DNA of 64,000 nucleotides, from contig NW_027117339.1 in NCBI RefSeq assembly GCF_038025025.1, positions 1,612,001 to 1,676,000 of the forward strand, written 5' to 3'. The notes beneath the pieces were generated by a model. That model did not search any database, was not told where the DNA came from, and saw only the letters and a list, made by a program, of their open reading frames with translations. The position numbers and the translations under genes were made by a program. Source of the stretch: Phyllosticta citribraziliensis. Its lineage: Eukaryota. This document shows positions 1 to 11,217 of the stretch, piece by piece. Position 1 is the first letter of the stretch; the number at the start of each line of letters is the position of its first letter.

Positions 1-1101
1 TCCAAGACTGCATCTCCCCTTTCCAAAACAAATCACCAACCAGCGGCAACTCCTCTTCCTCAATTCCACCCACCAGCTCTTACCCCCGCACCTGCCCGCC
101 GGCCGGCCAGAAAGATATTGCGGATCAAGGAAAGATGGGGGAGAAGGAGAGGATTAATTCCATGCAAACCCGCTTTGCAGGATGCATAGCCAATCAAAAA
201 GCTTGAAAACACAGACGCAGAAAGTCAATTCCCGTCTTTCATCGTCCCCGCATTCTGCATCCATCACCCGCACTCTATGCTTTCACCTTGACCAACAACT
301 CTCCCTGATTCATGTTTTGTACTCCCAAGGAAACCAAATGAGTGTAGCAACAATGTGAAGGAAGGGTGAAGCGGGGAATACCACCGTAATTGACTCTGTA
401 AGCACGCTTTAACTGCTTGATGTCTATAGACAAGGAAGAAGAACAGGCCACGACGGGGCTCAAGGAGAGGAAATGACCATGACGGAGAAGCCGCTGCCAA
501 ATACAAGGAAAACGCGCTCTATAGACCGCGATTAATGGCCCGCAGGGCGATGCACTGGCGTTGCAAACCCCGGCGGCCGAACAATATGCAAATTATGGAG
601 TCTGAGGGGCAGCGGAAGACTTGCAAAAGGAAACGAGGTTCAAGTTCGAGAGATGAAGGGGAAAATGAAAAATTTGGATGGCATCCTGGACCAAACTCCT
701 TCCCGCGAAATAAACGTGTGCCTTGGAGGAAGAAAAAGTGCAATCATCCACCTCATTTTTGGTTCAATCACCTCTCAATCCTTCCCATGATGCCTCGATT
801 AAAAACCACCCGAGATATGCAGAAAGACTTGAGGAGAGAACCAATGGGGAGCCAGACGGGCAGATTTGAAAGGACCAGTGAAGTGCAACCATGAACCTGA
901 TGCTCTGGTATCAAACAACTCGAAAACAACGAAGGAAAATCGGATTTTGAAAGCGCTTCAATCCGCGGGGCCGGTCACGTACGGCCTGAAATCGCGGACC
1001 CAAAACATCGACTTTCGAAACGTAGAAAGAAGAGGGGTGCGTGTCGTTCAACGGGGTGGAAATCGTTCGCGTCATCTCGTTAGCAGGGTATTGGTAGTTG
1101 C

Positions 1102-4100
1102 TCACTCGTCAGCGGAGATGGTCAGCTCGGGCAGCTGATGATTCTCCTTGCCCTTGGCTCTAGAAGCCCACTTCCTCTGTTTCGGAGCTCCCCAACCCTC
1201 GTCGTCATCCTCGGTCGGGACCCTGGCCGGTTTCGGCTTCACCCGAATGGTCAGGCGCTCGGGAGAAGAGTGTTGAACGCTCGCCTGCTGCACCGTTGCA
1301 GGCTGAACCGTGGTTTGGGACATGACTGTGGAACTACCGTCATGGATCTGCTGGGACACGGGTCTGTAGCGTGCAGACTTGCCTATATTGCTGCGCTCCG
1401 AAGGCGCAAGAGATGGAGCATACGCGTTGGCCGCGAGATGGGACCCGAAGCGTTGGCCCATGGAGCTCATGTTCATGGTAGACGTGCGTCCCGAGGGGTT
1501 GAAAACGCTGTTTGGACGCGGACCGTTGCCGGGCATCGACATGGTGCGCTGGCCTTGATTAGGAGTCAGGAAGTTGGACTGGGGCATTTGAGGGGACATC
1601 TGGGGCATCATTCCGGGCTGCATCATGGGCTGTTGCATCATGGGCTGAGGCATCATGCTGGCTTGCTGCTGCTGCAACATGCTTTGCATCTGCTGCTGCA
1701 AGTTGGCCATTTGCTGCATCTGCTGCATCTGGATTTGCATCTGCTGAATGCCCATGCCCATGGGAGGCATGAGCATCTGTTGCTGAGCAAGCATCTGCTG
1801 CTGAGGGAGCATTTGCTGCTGAGGCATAAAGGCCATGGGCTGCGCTGGTGGTGGTACCATGCCTGACATTTGCGCCTGCGGCTGGGGGATCCGCTGGCCG
1901 AAGTGAGGGTTGCCGTATATTTTGGTGGCGCCTCCACGTCGGGCTTCCTTTTCCTTCTCGGCGTCGGCAATCATGTTGACAAGGGTGGGTTGGGCATTGC
2001 CGCTGTTGGAACCGCCATATGTGGATCCAGGGCCCATGGCGCCAAAGGCCATCGATTCACGAATGGGGCCATTTGAGGATCCAGGTCCAATGGCTCCAAA
2101 GCCGAGCGATTCACGAGCAGGTTGCTGAACGAGGTTGGCTCCGTAATATGGCTCCTGAGGAACATCGGCCGGGAGGTTCCTGGCAAAGGGAGGGAGGGAG
2201 CCCCGGTGGTCACCATCCATGGCTGACCCGGGACGGAAACCTTGGGCGGAAGACGACCGCAAGTTGGAATGAGAACCGGCATGCGACAAGCGATTTCCGA
2301 GCTTGGGAAAGTTGTGCTCTTTGAGAATTCCGAGCGGAATGTCGTCCGAATCATCTTCGACATTGTCGAATGCGGCCGAAGCGTGGTAGCCAAGAAGTTC
2401 GGACGAGCTAAGGCTGCTTCGGTTCAGGCCCGGCCGCTCTCCGCTCAGGGGACGATTCATGCCACCGGTTGTCTTTTTCATCATTTCGCGGTGGGCATTC
2501 ATCTTTTCTTGCTGCTCTTGCCGAATCTTCCTCATCTCTTCCATCTTCCTACGCTCTTCCTCCTCCTGGTCATCGTCAATGTACTCGTCCGGTTCCGATT
2601 CAGACTCGTCGCTCGGGGGCTCCCGCATGTGCTGTCGCTTGAGTCGTGCAAATTCGGCCTGCGTCATGCGAGGCTTTGGTTTGTTTTCTTCGAACCGAAC
2701 GCCCGACTTTGCGTTTGGAGGCGTCGTCGACTTGTTCCACGACGTTCTTTCGAAAAGCGGCTGCTCTTCCTCGTTCTGAGCTCTGGCACGAGGAGTTGAG
2801 TCGTCCATGAATTCCGGCGAAGGCGGAGAGGGGGCCTGATGCTGGTGGATGCTCGACTCGCCCGAGGAGAACGATGGAGATTTGGTCGAGACATCGGATG
2901 AGTGCGGCTCATCAACGATCTGGTTCCGTTTCGTTGTCTGCGCCGCGTGGGCTCGTTCAAGCTCACGGGATTCACGGCTTTTTCTAAAGGAATCTCGCAC
3001 CATACGAGCGTCTTCGTCCTCGAAGGTCTTGGGTCGCTTGGCGAGGCCATTGGAACCAAACTTGCGTTCGTGAACAGGGCTCGTGGAAGTCGCGCGAGGC
3101 TGAGGCGGGGGTGGGGGCTCGCTTGCAGGAATTGGCGGAATGGTGTCTACCCGCGGGGGTGTTGGGATTGCAGGAGAGCAAGACATGAGGGCGTCATTGG
3201 AGTCTTGACTATGCCATGAGTAGGGAGACCCAGGCATTTCTGGCCTCTTGACGACGCGCACCGGCGACGAAGGGGTAGGTGGTACTCCAGGAATGAGAGC
3301 CTTGGGCGGAGGCGGCAGCGCCGAGTCAGAACCCTAGTCGCCGGGTTAGTCATCGTGGAGCAGCAAAGGTTGGCACGATCAACTTACGGATCTCACAGAG
3401 AGCGGTGCCGGAGGCAAGGCAAAGGCAGAGTCTTCCAACGGTGCACTCCTCCGGTCGTTACCGAAAGATCCAAACAGGTCGGAGAGTTCGTTGCCAAAGT
3501 CAGCCTTGGGCAGGTCCTCTAGCCTGGGAGGATGCGCCGTGCTAGCGGAGCTGCTGGCTGTCAAAGCACGGTCTCTGCCGCTCATTGGGTCAGGCATCGG
3601 GTCAGGTTCAAATCTGGGTTGGTCCAACTTCAAGTCCTTGTGTGACTTTTTCTTGCCAAACGGAAGGCGGGTGAAACTGGTAAAGGATGAGGTACGGGCC
3701 CCATCACCAGGAGTGGGAACCTTTTTAGTGAAGAGATTTTCCTCCTCAATGTCGGTCGAGGACGGCAGGGTGGAGCTGGAGCTGTAGCGTTGCGATGAGC
3801 CCGTATCGTAGAAGCGAGAGGAATTGCCAGCACTGCTGCCATTGCTGCCCCTGGGGAGTATTTAGACCACGTCCGAGCGTTACACGAGCATCTAGACTTA
3901 CCGGTTGCCTATGTTTCGGATACCGTCGTCATAGGACGGTTGGCGCGTGTGTTGGACCGGGGAGACGATTGGCCGCGGCTCAAAAGAACTCACGGGGCGC
4001 GCAGCGACAGTTCGCCTGACAGTAAACGAAGCACTGCCAGAATCCTGCACCTCGTTTCGGGCCATGACCCTAAAAGAAGACGTACCCGACGGCTTTTCGA

Positions 4101-4167
4101 GGAGATCTTCGACGGCGTTGCCAGCGGATTTGCGGCGTTGAAACGCCTTGGGCACAAAGTTTGGCAT
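1102..4167 (-). CDS. Hypothetical low-complexity protein (Ser/Pro-rich, Gln/Met-rich C-terminal half), 3 exons
   Basis: ATG at 4167 (MPNFVPKAFQRRKS). Introns 3901-3851 (GTAAGT..CAG) and 3387-3334 (GTAAGT..CTAAC..TAG) join ORF pieces in frame into the 719-aa ORF ending at 1102. No catalytic domain recognised. Confidence 0.8.
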
Positions 4168-5513
4168 GGCTGCGACTCTGAACGAGTGGTGTGTATCTCT
4201 TTCGAAATTGAAGCAGAGAGCCTCAAGCCGAACGGACTATGGATGTGGGTCGCCGGGTCAGATTTGCATCGAAACCGCTCAATGGTGCCCGAAAGTATTG
4301 TGGGGTATGATTGAGGAGCGACCGAATAATGGTGAGGGTTGGCAGGGCGGGTGGAGGAGAGGGGGGCGTCGAAGGGTCGAGTGGTCGAGTCAAAAAAGAG
4401 TGGCGCGACACGACTGTACGCAAAACAGGCCGGTTAGCGGATTGGTTGTTTCGAGCCGCAGAATGAAGAGTAGAAGAAGCGACAGAGCGAGCCCGGGGGC
4501 GCGGCTAGGGGCGAGTCGAGTATGATGAGGGCGAAGCAGGGACTCGGGCGTTCCTGAGGCGTCGACGGACGATTCGAAGAGGTGGTGGAAAGGTGGGAGC
4601 GAGGGCGAAGCAGCGTGTGGAGGGCTGCTTGGTGGAGAGTCGAGGTGAAGCGTTGGAGTCGAGGAGGATTGGGTTGAGGGAGGTGGTGGGAAGCTGGGCG
4701 GACGTCGTTGGAGGCCCTAGACGGGCGGCGGTTCTCCTAGACGGGGCCGGGGTGCCCGGGGAAGGGAGAAGAAGCAACCCTGAAGACGACTGACCTTTTT
4801 TGGAAGACGGGAGACAGGGCCCTGGGGGGCAATGTGGCGGGGCGTCGGGAGGGTGAAAACGAAGGACGACTTTGACGAGTCTTGACGAGCGATGGAGTAG
4901 CGAGAGCAGACGAGAAAAGGCGGCTCTATGGATGTCGCAACGGGAGGTGGTGGTTTGGGACCAGGCCAGTGCCGGGTCAGGAGTTTGGCGGCGTCACGTC
5001 GCCTAATACGAGGCCGGCAGCGCTAGGTAAGGTAAGCAGCCTAAGGAACGAGGAGCATGAAAAGGCCTGCGTCAGGGATCCCTCAGCCGGTCGTTATTTT
5101 AGAAGTCAGATGGCGGCCGGGCAGCATGCGATGTGCAGCGCCGCGTCGATCTTGAATTGGCTGCCTACCTAACGTACTCTGACTGACTGACTGCCCACAG
5201 ACAGAGACAGTGACAAGTCCCTTGCAGTTGGCAGCACGCATCCAGAGTTGAAGGACGAACCACAGGACGAAGACAGCGGCGACAGAGACGACGGGTTTCG
5301 GTCGACGTCTGCAAGCAGCGCCATGGACAGGGAGCGTTGGATCCCCCCTGTGCAGGACCTGGTCAGCGTCTAGCGTCTAGCGGAGGGCGGTGCGGTGGCT
5401 GCCAAGGGCAGGGGTGACTACAGTAGGTGCCTGCCCTGCCCTGCCTTGGACTGAGTGCCCGAGCCGTGTTAGGTTCCACCTGGGGCCCACCGCACCCACC
5501 GCACCCACTCGCT

Positions 5514-5914
5514 CACGGCCACGGCCACGGCCACGGCCACCTCACGACCACCTCACGACCACCTCACTACCAAAACAAGACCACTTCACGCCCACGCCCA
5601 CTTCACGGCCACAGCGCATCGCACCGCACCGCACCGCACCGCACCGCACCGCCGCCCCGCCCCGCAGCGAGACCTGACGGACGGACGGCTCCTTAGGCCT
5701 TGATGGACGGCCATTGGCATTGGGTCAGTGGGCACCAACAATAACAACAACACGCACACACCCGCCACTCCCTTCCCTCCATCTGATGTCCCCCGACGCC
5801 ACACTCCAGCCCCATTCTCGCTCCCGTCCGTCAACACCACCACCCATCCATCCCAAGCACCTCCTGCATCGCGCATCGCGCATCGCGTCGCGTCGCATCG
5901 CATCGCATCGCATC
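5514..5914. repeat. Cluster of short tandem repeats: (CACGGC)n, (GCACC)n, (GCATC)n
   Basis: Visible arrays at about 5514-5538, 5621-5650 and 5866-5914. Confidence 0.85.
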
Positions 5915-5949
5915 TGGACACCTCCTAACCAACTGTACAAATATCCTGC

Positions 5950-8600
5950 GACACCCCCTCCTCGCTCACCCGGCCAGCCTGCCGCGAGCAGCGACCGCCC
6001 GTCCGCCCCATTCTCGAACCGGTCGAATACACCATCTGTACTAGCTACAATGCCTTTTTCTTTGTCGCCGTAGGCTGTTTTCGTTTCGGCTCTGCGCCGG
6101 GCCCCCTCTTCGCTCTAGCTTCACCACTACCAACCCTCACCGCACTTCTGCTGTCTCTCTCTGCTCACGTCTCTTGCAAGACCAACTTTGTTACCCCACA
6201 CGCCCTTGGGGATCATGCACGATGCGGCCCGGGCCTCTGGCTGTACATCGTCAAAGGGCCCAGAGCGCCTGCCATCAAATCATCACTCGCTCTCCTTGTG
6301 ACACCCTTCCATCTTTCCACGCCCCACCCACTGTCTGCAACCCGCCCCTCTCTCGCTCTTCTGCCTGCACTGTAGCCTCGACCCTCAAAGCGGTCCGACC
6401 TGCTTCCCCATGTCCCCCGCCCATCCCGAAAGACTTCGACCGCCGTGTAGGACAACACGCACTCGAAACCTAGCGCCCGTGTGTGTACAGCGTCGTCTTG
6501 TGTCACTTTGCAAGCCGTGGCTTTGGTCCCGAAAGGGTCCAGTATGCCAGTACTTTGTCGGGCACCCGTTGCACCCGGCTCCTCCTCGCCATGCCATTGT
6601 GCCATCATACATGGCCTGCCTTGCGCCCCGCTCTCTCATCACAGTAGCTGCCGTAGATTGTCAAAGGCTGATGCTGTCTCAGAAGAGCCTTCAAACTTTT
6701 CTTTTTGGCGCGACCTGGCTGGCTGGTCCATCACCTGATGGTAACCCCTACGCGTCCTTGGTGTAATGTGTATTCCCTCGATGCCTCCTCTTCCAGACCC
6801 ATCAGTCAGCAGAACCATGACGAGTCCCGCATCAACTTTCTCTTCTCGTCGGGACGCAGTGTCTGCCGATGACGTCTCAACACGAGCTCCTGGACCACGG
6901 AAAACCTCCCACGCGCAATCCTGTGCAAGTCCTCAGAGCTGATTCCGACTTGGCATGGGGGGGGGGGGGGGGGGGGGGGGGTTTCAGGATTCGTCAACAC
7001 AGCCAGTTCCGCGCTCATGGCCGAGGCGTCGTCGTCGTCGGCGTCGTCGTCGTCGATGTCGGCACGGCCGTCTGTCCCAGCAACACCTAGTTTCAAATCC
7101 CAGGACCAATCGCCGAGCTACCCTAACGGCCGTGTCCACATCTGCAAGTCCAACAGGCGCGCGCGCGCGCCGCCTTCGCCGACGTCGACTTTGCGTAATA
7201 TGTCATTTTGGAGCGTCTTGATCCTTCGTCAGAACTTTGACCCCCCAGGGTCGCTGGTCCCTGCGCTTGCATCACGTCCCCTGGGAAACAAAAGAGCGTA
7301 AGCGCACGCTTGCTACAGACACTAGGTGGTCAGCACAAGACTAAAAATCTCAAACCTCTTGCTTGCTTGGCGGGGACATGACGAACACGTCTAGAAACTC
7401 TGCGTCGTCGGAAGCAAAAAAGGCGTTAATTTGATTGCCCTCCTCCGACTGTGTCCCACAGGAGTCGACATTGGGCTTCTGCTGCATCGCTTCTGAGACC
7501 GGGAAGCGCGACCACGACCAGCGCACTGCCGGCATGCCCGCAGTCCACGCGCCGCAATAGTCATGCCTTTAGGCTCACAAACGTGAATCAACAAAGCCCC
7601 CAGGGCCTCGTGCGCTTCGTCCTCAATCCACCGTTTCCAATCCAGGTGGCTCCATCCATCCACTGCCTTTTTCGCCGCCAAGTCCACCTCGACGGCCCAA
7701 CTCCAGCTCTGCCAATTCTTTCTTTGCTAGACAATATGGTTGTTTTCCGTCGGCAGCGGCGGGCGCCGCGGCGTCATCATGCGAAGTTGGGACTACTACT
7801 CGGCTCTCAGGCAGTCGACACTTTCGATGATCGCAAACGGGCATGACACCCACAAATCTCGTATTCCCAGCCACCGTCCTGCCACTTGCGGCTCTTGCCA
7901 TACCCATTGGGAGCCGCCGCCGCTTGGCTATCCTCAACTGCGCACAAATTTTCGTAAATGCGAGGCGAAAAGGGAAAACGTAGACGAGCAGCCTGATGAA
8001 GAATCGACACAAGCGACTTGCATGGCGGCGCTTCCGTGCTGCTCGACTCTCTTGACGACAAAAAACATTGGTTTGCATGTGTGTGGGCGCCGTGGCCGTC
8101 GCCGCCGCCGCCGCCGCCGCCAACTCCACTAGAAACGGTACCGTCACTGGGCGCGCAAGCTAGCGGCTAGCCTGAAGGAAGTACCATCAGCAGACAAGGC
8201 CGAGAGCAATGAACGAACGACAAGAAAACGAAATAATTACCCGCCTATAAGCCATGAGTAGAGCAAGCGTGTCTCTGTAGTTCGCGCGGGATCAGCTACT
8301 CCCAGCCGGCCACATAGCCCGGCAACGACGACGACAAGAACGCCTTCGCCGCCGCCGCCGCCGCCGACCAACGAACAAGTCTCTTCGGCCGGCACGCTCC
8401 CGTCGCTGTTTCTGCTTTCTTGTTTGAGATTTTTGGTTTTGTTTCGCCTTGTAGCCCTCCCTCCCCTCGCTTGCCGCGGGCACTACTTTGGTCCGTGATA
8501 CAGAAACAGGAGCCGGGCCAAAAGAGACGAGACAAGACAAGCCGGGCTGAGCTGGGTAATTATGCGTTGTTTGCCCAGGTCAGGTCCGGTCGGGTTCGGT
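5950..8600 (+). ncRNA. Candidate spliced, structured long noncoding RNA (boundaries approximate)
   Basis: Intron signals at 6542-6682 (GTATGC..GCTGAT..CAG) and, weaker, 6070-6180 (GTAGGC..GCTCAC..AAG). No credible long ORF. Multiple nested long-range helices, most of whose G-U wobbles favour the plus strand. Confidence 0.5.
6957..6981 (+). repeat. G25 homopolymer
   Basis: 25 consecutive G. Confidence 0.95.
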
Positions 8601-10860
8601 TGGGTTTCTGAGTGCCTGCCTGTCTGCCCGCGTACTAGGAGCAGACGGCGGCGGTTTGCGTGAGACGCTGAATAGTACTTGGCAGGCACCATGAATGCGA
8701 ATGCCTTTTTAACTGCTGATTGTGTTCAAAATTGGGTATCATGGTCTGATTAGCGATGCGCTGATCGGTCGAGAACGGTGGTCGGTTTTTGGGCTTTCTA
8801 AAAGCGATGGCGAATTGACCATGGTGTTTTGACCAGGGGGATATCAAGACGTGTTGAAGCAAAGTACCTAACAGTCCTGGACCTGACCTAACCTCACCAA
8901 ACCAGCTGACCCGTCTAAGTATCCAGCCAGCCAACCCTGACCAGAGCAGAAGCGGGCACTGTAAAGTCAGGCCATCGCGACTTGACCTCAAGCCCGGCCG
9001 GCGGGCTCCAAGGGGTGCTTCAAACGTTGGGTCGAACGAGATAAACGACCAACGACGACGGATGACAATGATGATTGTTTCTTGTTCCGGTTCCGCTCGT
9101 CGCGGCGTGGGTTGGCTGGCTGGCTCCGTCTTGGTCGAGTCTTGGTCGGTACATGTAGTCAATTGAAGCGTTTGAAAATGCATGTGGCTAGACGCCTGCT
9201 TTTTATTAGAGCAGGCCATGTGCAGACAGTCATGAAGCCATCTTGTCTAGCGGCTTGAGTAATCAACCATTGGCGCGATGGGTGTGGTGGTTGATCGTTT
9301 GGTCGCCCACTGTGGACCACGTGTGTGCGCGTCATGCCGCTGAGACCTGGGTGTGCCTTGGGACCGTTCACATGGTGCCTGGTGATTCTTCTAGCGTGTG
9401 TCGTGTGTGTAGACGACTGAGGAGAGCGCATGAATAGACGGCCTAGACAAGCAAGTGAGTCGTGGACGGGACCCAGGGGAGACGATATTTTTGACCAGCG
9501 CCACGTACATACCATTTTAGTACGCAACATAAGACTCAGAAGCTGTACGTCCGCTCTGCTTTGTCTCTCAACTGATGCCTTTGCATTTCTCGGCCACAGT
9601 TTCCACGTCCTACGAAGTTTTGCGCCCAGCCTTTGCCATGTGCGAGGTTGCAACTGGACCGCCTGATTGGTCAGTAGGGCGCTATTGCAATCTTAAGCAC
9701 AGTGAACAAATAGACAAGGATTCGGTAGGGAGACGAGAGTGTGTCCGGAAAGGATACAGGGTGGGCATTGCGAGGAGTCGGCGTGGCCTCGTCGTCGAAA
9801 GATGAATGAGTCGATGAGGCAAGAGTCGGCAAGTTCGGCCGGGGAAGTGTCGACCTGGAGACGTAGCTGGAATCTGGAGCGCTCTGGATCTGAGCACCAC
9901 TACCTGCTTCGCGGATTCCTTTTGTTCCATCGTAATCGAGTCCACATTCTGAGCACCACGCAACGCATCTTCCCCTTCCTCATAGCTAAAGCTGGCTGGC
10001 TGCAGTGGCTTTAGTCTGTCTGTTCAAAGTCGTATATTCCTTACGGTACTTGCGACTTCAATTTCGTGCTGGTAGAATGCGATGTCGTGATTCCTGGCAG
10101 AGTCCTATCCAAGCTCTTGGTCCCTAGTGCTCATCATATTCTGTCAAAGGTACAATGGCTGCCTGTATGGAATGCTCTTGTCGCCTGCTCGGTGCTGGTT
10201 GAAGAAACGAGGAGCATTTGCTCCCTTCGTAGACGAAAGAAGTGCAACTTTGATGTGAAATCGAATACTCAAGCCTGAGGCTGGTTGTTAGCAGCAGTCT
10301 GCAAGATCGGGAGCCCGTCTTGACTCAGTTCGCCCTCCGCTCCGAGGGGAAACAAGTGCTCGTGATTCTTCGAAAAAGAGAGGTTTGACGGTTTCAAAGA
10401 CGGGGTTCCGGCGAGACAAATTCAGTAGCGGTCAAAACCCCCATTCCAGATATAGGGAGTGCTCAAGGGCTGCGCTCGAACCGTGCATCGCTGGAGTCTT
10501 TTGGCAGCCGGAAAACTTGGATCTTCATTGAAATTTTCTTTACTCAAAGCCTTTTCCCGTTCGAGTCCTTGATAATCGAGTCGATGTTGACGTATCAAAT
10601 GGGTAATCGGACTGCTCTCGTGCATGTGGAACTTCCATGTGCTCTGCATCGCTTGGCTGGAGAATTGCTGTCGTTGTAAACACGACAAGCAGGAGCTTGG
10701 AGCCTTTCAATTGCCTCGATGAAACGGCAAAGCAGTGATTGTGATGATGAAGTTCCGTAGATGGTAGCTTGTTGCAACGAGCCTTTAAGTCAAATTACTT
10801 CAAGGCTCCGGAGGCTCATACTGGCGCCTTCGCCCACCGCTTGAGTCTACCCATTTCCAC

Positions 10861-11217
10861 CTAGTGATCCGCAGAAATGTACATGACTGCAAAGCATCAG
10901 CTCATCGTGTTCTGCACGTGGTGGAAGGAAGGGTTACCGTTGTTTCCTCTTACGAAAGCGTCCCCATAATTCCTGCGCAGCTTGCCATTCACAAACTCCT
11001 TTGTTTGCTCCAAAGCAATGTTCATGTAGCCATCGACGGATTGAAGTTCGCCTAGAAAGGAATCAGCAATCTGCAGAGCGCTGGTTTCCTTCGAAACCAA
11101 CTCAAATGCCGCACCCTTGTAGACAACGCCAGAGTTCAACTTGACGGTAACGGGAGCGCCGATGATCTCGCTCAGGAAACCCGACGGATCCTTGGCCTCT
11201 GCTGCACCGTTCTCCAT
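10861..11217 (-). CDS. LSM6: U6 snRNA-associated Sm-like protein Lsm6, 3 exons
   Basis: DPSGFLSEIIGAPVTVKLNSGVVYKG|ELQSVDGYMNIALEQT..YGDAFVRGNN|VMYISADH*, with Sm1 and Sm2 motifs. Introns 11114-11052 and 10937-10887. Confidence 0.95.

Noticed and set aside
6742..6750. TAACCCCTA as a telomerase template
   Set aside because: It has four C residues and does not match TTAGGG repeats.
6410..8147. ORFs of 60-174 aa in the candidate RNA locus as protein genes
   Set aside because: They overlap in several frames, run through homopolymer or microsatellite tracts, and show no recognisable domain. Micropeptides remain possible.
8540..8570. GCTGAG..GGTAAT resembling a TPP riboswitch
   Set aside because: The TPP core (CTGAGA, TGATC..GATAA..GCG) is absent and there is no thiamine gene nearby.
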